Below, in pieces: positions 57,622 through 64,000 of a stretch of DNA of 64,000 nucleotides. The translations under genes were made by a program, and so were the position numbers. This stretch comes from an uncultured Coprococcus sp. (GTDB lineage: Bacteria; Bacillota; Clostridia; Lachnospirales; Lachnospiraceae). Position 1 is the first letter of the stretch. Every line of letters begins with the position of its first letter. A model generated the notes under the pieces. That model did not search any database, had not been told where the DNA came from, and saw only the letters and a program-made list of their open reading frames with translations. Location of the stretch: the NCBI GenBank assembly GCA_934247115.1, contig CAKQIY010000011.1:449-64448 (forward strand), read 5' to 3'.

Positions 57622-58365
57622 TTAAGAAATAGGCGGCATCCGGGTATCTTGAAGCCTGATTATGCCGAGAATAGTTCCAAGGCATATTATATCGCTCGTG
57701 AGATATATGGATTTGTCACATCTGCTGATGGCCTCAAGGTACGGTGAACCATCGCGCTCAGTGTATTTGCGGATCATCTCAACACCATCCTCGTTCAGAA
57801 ATACGGCAATATCACCAAATCTCGGAAAGTCCTTCTCGACAGCCAGAATATCCCCTTTCATATAGATGGGATGCAGCATGTTTGTTGTAAGGCGAAGGCA
57901 GTAGTCTGCCGATGAAAAATAATCCTGAGGTATATCTATAAATTCGGTCGCATGAGTTGAATAGTCTGTGTTGGATGCGAGAGTGTGTGTGGATGATATA
58001 CATGGTATCTTACGTGTCCCAAGTTCTGTGGAATCAGCAGGAAGTCTGCGTTGCATGTGATCCTCAGAGTCTGCCATGAGCATGACCATGTTCTTGCCAT
58101 GAATATTGAGAGTCCTGAATTTGCTGAGAAGATATAGTTCTTCCGGAGTGAGACTTTGGCGATGGAGAAATCCGTCCATAGTGCATCCCAGCGCATCGGC
58201 AATGGAGATCATGAGCTGGATCCCGGGACTTTTGGTCTTGCCGCTTCTTATAGCTTTTATCGTGTCCTCTGATATTCCGGTCATATCTGCCAGCTGGCTG
58301 ATAGTCACACCCTTTTCAGCCATTACATCCTTTAGTCTATATCCAATATTGTAATGCTCACCCAT
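57622..58365 (-). CDS. CI/LexA-like repressor: XRE HTH plus peptidase S24-like C-terminal domain
   Basis: 247 aa. HTH GVTISQLADMTGISEDTIKAIRSGK. The S24-like C-terminus is LRLTTNMLHPIYMKGDILAV...VEMIRKY, with TTNM where GDSM is expected. Confidence 0.7.
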   Translation of the reverse strand: MGEHYNIGYRLKDVMAEKGVTISQLADMTGISEDTIKAIRSGKTKSPGIQLMISIADALGCTMDGFLHRQSLTPEELYLLSKFRTLNIHGKNMVMLMADSEDHMQRRLPADSTELGTRKIPCISSTHTLASNTDYSTHATEFIDIPQDYFSSADYCLRLTTNMLHPIYMKGDILAVEKDFPRFGDIAVFLNEDGVEMIRKYTERDGSPYLEAISRCDKSIYLTSDIICLGTILGIIRLQDTRMPPIS

Positions 58366-58668
58366 ATAAATTTACCCCACATTAAAAAACAAATAAAAAC
58401 AGTCTGCCATTTTACATATAAATATGCATAATATACAAACAGACATATTCATTATATATAGAAGAAAGTCAAATGTCCATAATAAAGTGTAACAATATAC
58501 ACTATTGTGTGAAACCGTGGTGCGCAGTGGTGTATAAACATCGCTTCCATTTGTTTTTCAAATAGGTATAATAGAAGTATCTGTTACATCGAGAGATGAC
58601 AAGGGGGTCATTTTCTACAAACAATAATCTGTCACAATGGGGGTGGCGGATTTCGGCAGAGGGAACAG

Positions 58669-58717
58669 GGCTATCACATATCGAGAGTTGGGCGTCGATG
58701 TGAAGATAGCCTTTTTT
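58669..58717 (+). terminator. Orphan + strand terminator-like hairpin in a gene-free region
   Basis: ggctatc (58669-58675) pairs with gatagcc (58705-58711), with inner atcga / tcgat pairing, followed by T6 (58712-58717). Confidence 0.5.
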
Positions 58718-58721
58718 CGTG

Positions 58722-58897
58722 GGTGGGGACGGACGGCTGTCACTTGTGCCCCGGCAATAATTCTGTGCGTGTTATCACCGCTCTACGTCCTTCGTTTTGC
58801 AGTCTCTATTTGCATGCGGCGCCGCCCGCGATAAGGGCGTTTGCGGTCTCTGCCTTAGCAAGAGAGACAGCGAAACTCAGTTGTATTCGCTACCGAT
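58722..58897. repeat. Diverged, partial second copy (inverted orientation) of the 46389-46651 hairpin element
   Basis: Collinear identical blocks against the reverse complement of the first element: ggtggggacggacg, tgcatgcg, cgataagg, cttagcaaga, gctaccgat. Spacings between the last four blocks are 18, 25 and 35 nt here, against 18, 24 and 34 nt in the first element. Confidence 0.75.
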
Positions 58898-59096
58898 ACC
58901 CACATATTATGATTTTATCTATAATCAGTCTGTTTTTGCGTAAAAGGGATAAAATTATATATTTTTATGTGATATTGGGGGGCTGGGATACAAAAATCAG
59001 GATATTATCCCAGTGAGTGCTTTTGATTTGAAATAGGGATAATATTGTAGTAAATAAAGTTGAATTTCGAGCAAAATATAAAAACAGCGTGTTACG

Positions 59097-59158
59097 TAAC
59101 GCTGTTGCTTAGAGATTTAACATTGTTGGCTAGAGTGACATAACGCCGTTGCTTAGAG
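59097..59158. repeat. 18-nt direct repeat, two copies 44 bp apart
   Basis: taacgctgttgcttagag (59097-59114) and taacgccgttgcttagag (59141-59158) differ at one position. A related ttggctagag lies between them at 59126-59135. Confidence 0.8.
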
Positions 59159-59435
59159 TGGATTGAATTGAGTTGATAGAAGTCCCACTGATTATAAACT
59201 AAATGTTAAAATTATTAAAAAAGTATAAACTGGCGATACACTAGGTTTTATGCGGGTTTCTTGCGAAAACTGCGACAAAAACGTGTTTTTGTTATGAAAA
59301 ACAATACAAATATAAAAAATGATTAAAATATGCCTATAAGGGCAAATAAATGACTTTAAATTTTTTTTGAATGGTGATAAAATACGCAAGCAAGGAGCGA
59401 GAGAGCTTGTAAAAAAAATAGGGGAGTATGACCGT

Positions 59436-59909
59436 ATGAATGTAGTATTTTTTGATGTAGACGGTGTACTGAATTCAGAAAAATTCCTGTGTGATAAACA
59501 AGGGGAGTTTATCAATCCAAAGAATGTGGCGAATCTTAAAATGATAGTTGATGCCACACATGCTAAGCTGGTTATGACCAGTGACTGGAGAAAACAGGTG
59601 ATTGATAAGGATGTCAGTAAAGCTCATGTAAGAGAACTGATAGGCAGACTTGCCGATGCTGGAATGGAAGTATATGGGGCAACTTCTTCAGGGGATGAGC
59701 TCAGAAGCAAGTATGGAGATTATACCAGAGCCTGTGCAGTCAAGGATTATGTGACTGCGAATTCCGTAGAGGGATATGTCATACTGGATGATATGGATAT
59801 GGACTGGGAGGCTCATGAACTCGATTCTCACTGGATCAACACAGAGAACGTACTTGTGGGGCTGTCTGAGGCAGATGCCAGGAATGCTATTTCAATAATA
59901 AACCAATAA
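59436..59909 (+). CDS. Small HAD-superfamily phosphatase-like protein
   Basis: Motif I FFDVDGVLN, motif II MTSDWR, motif IV VILDDMD. The ATG at 59436 follows SD aggggag; the track start is 59367. Confidence 0.65.
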   Translation: MNVVFFDVDGVLNSEKFLCDKQGEFINPKNVANLKMIVDATHAKLVMTSDWRKQVIDKDVSKAHVRELIGRLADAGMEVYGATSSGDELRSKYGDYTRACAVKDYVTANSVEGYVILDDMDMDWEAHELDSHWINTENVLVGLSEADARNAISIINQ

Positions 59910-60057
59910 TAAACCTGGGATAGCATTTTGACATATAACAAAACAGTGCGAAAGGAAGTGATGTCTTACGGATCTGGCAGAAGAGTTATCCAATGAACTC
60001 CAATGCAAAACAGTATTTACAATACCAATATTTGGTGGAATACCGGTAACAGAATCT

Positions 60058-60651
60058 GTGGTGGTAACATGGATCATTATGGCAGTGCTGGTGCTGTTGT
60101 CTATCATACTTGTAAGGAATCTCAGGGTCGAGAATCCCGGTAAGAAGCAGCTTGTGCTGGAGACCATAATAACTACCTTTAACAACCTGTTCAAAGGTGT
60201 TATCGGAGAGGCGGGCATGAAGTATGTTCCTTACCTGATAACGGTTATTCTGTACATTGGTATGGCAAACATCATGGGTGTGTTTGGCTTTAAACCACCG
60301 ACAAAGGATCTGAATGTGACAGCCTCTCTAGCCATCATGAGTATAATACTCGTACAGGTGGCAGGAATAAGAGGAAAGGGAACGAAAGGATGGGTCAAGA
60401 GCTTTGCAGAGCCGGTAGCAATAGTTGCACCGCTTAATGTACTTGAGCTTGTCATCAAGCCACTGTCGCTGTGTATGCGACTTTTTGGTAATGTTCTCGG
60501 AGCATTCGTCATCATGAAGCTGATAGAGGCAGTAGTTCCACTCATTGTCCCTATCCCACTCAGCCTGTATTTTGATTTCTTTGATGGATTCTTACAGGCA
60601 TTTGTATTTACTTTCCTGACTACGCTTTATATGCAGGAAGCGATGGAGTAA
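60058..60651 (+). CDS. atpB: F0F1 ATP synthase subunit a (5' boundary uncertain)
   Basis: Polytopic, with conserved LSLCMRLFGNVLGAFV (essential Arg) and first position in the atp operon. The in-frame, conserved-looking sequence extends upstream to 59962 without an ATG, GTG or TTG. Confidence 0.88.
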   Translation: MVVTWIIMAVLVLLSIILVRNLRVENPGKKQLVLETIITTFNNLFKGVIGEAGMKYVPYLITVILYIGMANIMGVFGFKPPTKDLNVTASLAIMSIILVQVAGIRGKGTKGWVKSFAEPVAIVAPLNVLELVIKPLSLCMRLFGNVLGAFVIMKLIEAVVPLIVPIPLSLYFDFFDGFLQAFVFTFLTTLYMQEAME

Positions 60652-60695
60652 AGGTTATTTGAAATTTAAAATGAAAATAAGAAGGAGAAAATGAT

Positions 60696-60920
60696 ATGAA
60701 CGGATTATTAGCAATTGGAGCAGGTATAGCAGCATTAGTAGGACTTGGAGCAGGACTTGGAATCGGTCTTGCAACATCAAAGGCAGTTGAGGCTGTAGCC
60801 AGACAGCCGGAGGCAGACGGAAAGATCACAAAGCTTCTTATCATCGGTTGTGCCCTTGCAGAGGCAACAGCTATCTACGGTTTCGTTATCGGACTTCTTG
60901 CAATCATTCTTCTTAAGTAA
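60696..60920 (+). CDS. atpE: F0F1 ATP synthase subunit c
   Basis: 74 aa hairpin proteolipid. [14 protein letters not shown] loop, ion-binding Glu in [11 protein letters not shown]. Confidence 0.95.
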   Translation: MNGLLAIGAGIAALVGLGAGLGIGLATSKAVEAVARQPEADGKITKLLIIGCALAEATAIYGFVIGLLAIILLK

Positions 60921-61023
60921 TCAGATTTTTGGTCAGATGGATATTTTAATAGAAATATCTAATAGAAATCTGGAATTGCAGAATAGATGCGGATAATAGA
61001 AACAGAAAGATAGGAGTGGCTAT

Positions 61024-61530
61024 ATGATTGATATAGAATTTTCTACAATAGCATTCACCATTATCAACTTAATAGTTCTGTTTCTTCTTTTGAAGAAGTT
61101 CTTGATAGGACCGATCAACGATGTCATCAAGAAGAGAGAAGATATGATCGCTGGTACCATATCGGATGCCAACAGTCAGAAGGCTGAAGCAATGAAACTC
61201 AAGGCTCAGTATGAGGATACCCTTGCAGGGGTTGACGCTGAGTGCAGGGATCTCCGTGAGAAATCCCGTGTGGAGGCCCGGAATGAGTACAGCCGTATCA
61301 TAGATCAGGCTGATGCAAAGTCAGTCAAGATGATAAAGGATGCGGAGAAGACCATAGAGATCAAGCAGAACAAGGCACTTTCTGATATGCAGTCACAGAT
61401 CGCAGAGCTTGCAATGGCAGCAGCCGGCAAGATCGTGGGTGGTGAAGGTGATGCGGAATCAGCAGGAGCTGCCATGTATGACGAGTTTTTGAATGAAGTA
61501 GGTGATTCAGGTGACACAGAAGGCAATTAA
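61024..61530 (+). CDS. atpF: F0F1 ATP synthase subunit b
   Basis: 168 aa. Single N-terminal TM segment, then a long charged helix. Position in the operon supports the call. Confidence 0.85.
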   Translation: MIDIEFSTIAFTIINLIVLFLLLKKFLIGPINDVIKKREDMIAGTISDANSQKAEAMKLKAQYEDTLAGVDAECRDLREKSRVEARNEYSRIIDQADAKSVKMIKDAEKTIEIKQNKALSDMQSQIAELAMAAAGKIVGGEGDAESAGAAMYDEFLNEVGDSGDTEGN

Positions 61531-62026
61531 TTACGGAATTGTCCTCTATCAGCTTGGAATCAGTCAGGACATGGTGGAGGAGATAAAGGCGCTGGTGGAT
61601 GGTAGTCCGGAGCTGGTATTTGCACTGGCAAATCCAGTGGTCAGCCATGCAGACAAGCGCAAGGTCGTTGACAGGGTATTTGACAGATTTGGCAATAAGG
61701 ATCTGGTAAATTTCATGAAGACCCTGTGTGACAACGATGGATTTGACATGATACATGACATATTTGACGAGTATGAGAAGTATGCCAGAGAGCAGCAGGA
61801 TATCCTTTCGGCAACTCTCTATTATGTCACACCGCCAACTGATAAGCAGAAAGCGGGTATCGAGAACTTCCTTATGAAAGAGTATGGAAGCAAGGCGGTA
61901 CAGCTTTCCATGGTGGAGAAAAAAGAATTGATAGGTGGATTTGTCATAAGAACGGGAGACCGCGAGTACGACAGAAGCATTCTGGGCAGGTACAAATCCC
62001 TTAGACAGAAACTGGTTATGAGGTGA
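61502..62026 (+). CDS. atpH: F0F1 ATP synthase subunit delta
   Basis: 174 aa, OSCP-like, with C-terminal [23 protein letters not shown] start (61502 or 61511) overlaps the end of atpF. Confidence 0.8.
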   Translation: MIQVTQKAINYGIVLYQLGISQDMVEEIKALVDGSPELVFALANPVVSHADKRKVVDRVFDRFGNKDLVNFMKTLCDNDGFDMIHDIFDEYEKYAREQQDILSATLYYVTPPTDKQKAGIENFLMKEYGSKAVQLSMVEKKELIGGFVIRTGDREYDRSILGRYKSLRQKLVMR

Positions 62027-62030
62027 TAAA

Positions 62031-63533
62031 TTGAGTTCAATTAGTTCAGAGGATATTATTTCTATACTCAAAGAAGAGATAGAGAATTATGATTTTGACT
62101 CCAGGGACAAAGAAGTCGGCAAGGTCATCTATGTAGGTGATGGAATCGTAACCGTATATGGTATAGACAATGCAATGTACGGAGAGATCGTCGTCTTTGA
62201 GAATGGCGTCAAAGGTATGGTTCAGGATATCAGAAGAACAGAGATAGGATGTATTCTGTTCGGTCGTGATACAGGAATCAAGGAAGGAACAAAGGTCAGC
62301 AGAACAGGCAAGCGTGCAGGTATCCCTGTAGGCGATGCATTTGTCGGACGTATAGTTGATGCCCTTGGAGCACCTATAGATGGAAAGGGCAGCATAGAGT
62401 CGACTGATTATCGTCCTATTGAGAATCCGGCTCCAAGCATAGTTGATCGTAAGTCGGTCAACCAGCCGCTTCAGACTGGAATCCTCTCGATAGATGCCAT
62501 GTTCCCAATAGGTAGAGGACAGAGAGAGCTGATCATAGGAGACAGACAGACAGGTAAGACATCCATAGCGATAGATACCATTCTGAATCAGAAGGGTAAG
62601 GATGTCATCTGTGTATATGTGGCTATAGGCCAGAAGGCTTCAACCATAGCAAAGGTTGTAAACAACCTGAATAAATACGATGCGATGGACTACACGATAG
62701 TCGTTGCATCTACAGCAAGTGATTCAGCACCACTTCAGTATATCGCGCCTTATTCAGGTACAGCGATCGCGGAGTATTTCATGCATAAGGGCAAGGATGT
62801 GCTGATCGTGTACGATGATCTGTCAAAGCACGCAGTTGCTTACAGAACATTGTCACTGCTTCTCGGACGTTCACCAGGACGTGAAGCATATCCTGGAGAT
62901 GTATTCTATCTCCATTCAAGACTTCTTGAGAGATCAAGTAAGCTTAAGGATGAGCTGGGCGGAGGTTCCATCACAGCACTTCCTATTATTGAGACACAGG
63001 CAGGTGATGTATCTGCTTATATACCTACAAATGTCATATCTATCACAGATGGACAGATATTCCTCGAGAGCGATCTGTTCTTCTCAGGTATGAGACCTGC
63101 TGTCAACGTCGGTCTGTCGGTATCACGAGTTGGTGGTGCAGCGCAGACAAAGGCGATGAAGAAGGCCGCAGGAAGTATCCGTATCGATCTGGCACAGTAC
63201 AGAGAGATGGAGGTGTTCACACAGTTCAGTTCTGATCTGGATGAGAACACCAAGGAGCAGCTGCAGTACGGCAAGGGACTTATGGAGCTTTTAAAGCAGC
63301 CACTGTGCAATCCGCTGTCAATGGCAGAGGAGGTTATCATCCTGGTAGCAGCTACCAATAAGGTATTCCTTCCGGTAGAGATTTCAGAGGTCAAGAAGAA
63401 GAAACTTGAGATGCTTGAGTTCTTCCACAGTGCCCACAAGGATATCGTGGATGAAATCGAGGAGAAGCAGGTGCTTACCGATGAGCTGAAGGACAAGATA
63501 GTCGCAGCTGCTAAGGAGTTTATCGAGAGATAG
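62031..63533 (+). CDS. atpA: F0F1 ATP synthase subunit alpha
   Basis: Walker A GDRQTGKT, Walker B LIVYDDLS. 500 aa. TTG start after SD gaggtga. Confidence 0.97.
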   Translation: MSSISSEDIISILKEEIENYDFDSRDKEVGKVIYVGDGIVTVYGIDNAMYGEIVVFENGVKGMVQDIRRTEIGCILFGRDTGIKEGTKVSRTGKRAGIPVGDAFVGRIVDALGAPIDGKGSIESTDYRPIENPAPSIVDRKSVNQPLQTGILSIDAMFPIGRGQRELIIGDRQTGKTSIAIDTILNQKGKDVICVYVAIGQKASTIAKVVNNLNKYDAMDYTIVVASTASDSAPLQYIAPYSGTAIAEYFMHKGKDVLIVYDDLSKHAVAYRTLSLLLGRSPGREAYPGDVFYLHSRLLERSSKLKDELGGGSITALPIIETQAGDVSAYIPTNVISITDGQIFLESDLFFSGMRPAVNVGLSVSRVGGAAQTKAMKKAAGSIRIDLAQYREMEVFTQFSSDLDENTKEQLQYGKGLMELLKQPLCNPLSMAEEVIILVAATNKVFLPVEISEVKKKKLEMLEFFHSAHKDIVDEIEEKQVLTDELKDKIVAAAKEFIER

Positions 63534-63574
63534 ATTTCAGGAGAAATCAGAAGATTCGTTGAGAGGTGATTTGA

Positions 63575-64000
63575 TTGGCAAATACCAAAGAAATCCAGAA
63601 TAGAATAAAGAGTATCAAGGATACTCAGAAGATCACCAATGCAATGTATATGATCTCATCGTCCAAGCTGAAAAAGGCTAGGACAGATCTTGAGAATACG
63701 GAGCCGTACTTTTATACACTTCAGGTTGCCCTTGCCAGAATGCTCAGACATGTTCCTGAGATGGAGCATCTGTATTTCGACAGCAGAGAGGAAATCAAGG
63801 AGGCAGACAGAAGACGTGGCTATCTCGTGATCACCGCCGACAAAGGTATGGCAGGAGCTTACAACCACAATGTAATCAAGATCGCCGAGCAGGAGCTTGC
63901 GGCCCACCCGAACAGTGAGCTGTATGTAGTTGGACAGGTGGGAAGACACTACTTCGCCAAGAAGGGAGTGCCTATAGATATACATTTCCAGTATACAGCG
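63575..64000 (+). CDS. atpG: F0F1 ATP synthase subunit gamma (3' partial, runs off the window)
   Basis: My own translation from the TTG at 63575, after SD gagaggtga, gives (M)ANTKEIQNRIKSIKDTQKITNAMYMISSSKLKKA, a typical gamma N-terminus. The frame stays open to the window end and is not in the ORF track. Confidence 0.9.
   Translation, partial: MANTKEIQNRIKSIKDTQKITNAMYMISSSKLKKARTDLENTEPYFYTLQVALARMLRHVPEMEHLYFDSREEIKEADRRRGYLVITADKGMAGAYNHNVIKIAEQELAAHPNSELYVVGQVGRHYFAKKGVPIDIHFQYTA

Noticed and set aside
58637-58700. tmRNA-like 5' end (gggggtggcggatttcggcagaggg resembles GGGG....GGATTCGAC.GGG)
   Set aside because: No tag-peptide reading frame ending in a typical A-A stop is present. No T-arm (ggttcgaatcc-type) or acceptor 3' end lies downstream. 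The similarity is limited to a few bases.
58637-59016. ORFs 58637..58834 (+) and 58723..59016 (+)
   Set aside because: They lie inside the GC-rich repeat copy, lack an RBS, have Arg/Cys-rich composition and show no recognisable motif.
57622-59435. Prophage or integrated element anchored on the CI-like repressor
   Set aside because: No integrase, Cro/antirepressor, structural or lysis genes and no att-like direct repeats were found. Only an orphan repressor and non-coding DNA are present.
59192-59557. 121-aa - strand ORF
   Set aside because: It is an AT-rich, low-complexity translation that overlaps the HAD gene start on the opposite strand, and it has no RBS.

Overview
The window looks like a chromosomal segment from a spore-forming Clostridia-type Firmicute, possibly Lachnospiraceae-like; this is inferred from gene content and synteny only. 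Nearly all genes are on the + strand.

Gene order:
1. Leloir operon galK-galT-galE.
2. An ABC-transporter-dependent glycan locus: two glycosyltransferases, a Wzm/Wzt-like exporter, a GlfT2-like galactofuranosyltransferase, a ferredoxin/FrhB-like/pyruvyl-transferase fusion, and glf.
3. A c-di-GMP module in which two cytoplasmic LacI-type sugar-sensor proteins bracket an AlgI(MBOAT)/DHHW O-acyltransferase pair. One sensor protein has a degenerate GGDEF domain, an EAL domain and a repetitive C-terminal domain; the other has an intact GGDEF domain.
4. proC.
5. A phosphorelay cluster: two hybrid histidine kinases, a REC-HD-GYP protein, an Hpt protein, and a relic of a solute-binding-protein gene.
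6. The conserved block spoVT-hup-yabO-yabP-yabQ-divIC-spoIIE-tilS-hpt-ftsH.
7. A membrane-anchored lipase and a GH13 enzyme.
8. A kinase-phosphatase-ligase (Pnkp-like) RNA repair gene plus a small metallophosphoesterase.
9. A 263-nt nearly perfect hairpin element, with a diverged second copy 12 kb downstream.
10. TetR, an MMPL transporter and a heptad-repeat lipoprotein.
11. acpP-fabD-fabG-(xre)-fabF plus a degenerate CobL-like gene.
12. An orphan CI-like repressor, about 1 kb of gene-free structured DNA, and a small HAD phosphatase.
13. The start of the atp operon (atpBEFHA and a partial atpG).

I recognised no rRNA, tRNA, CRISPR array, transposase or integrase. All family calls rest on motifs read by eye from the translations; no database search was possible.
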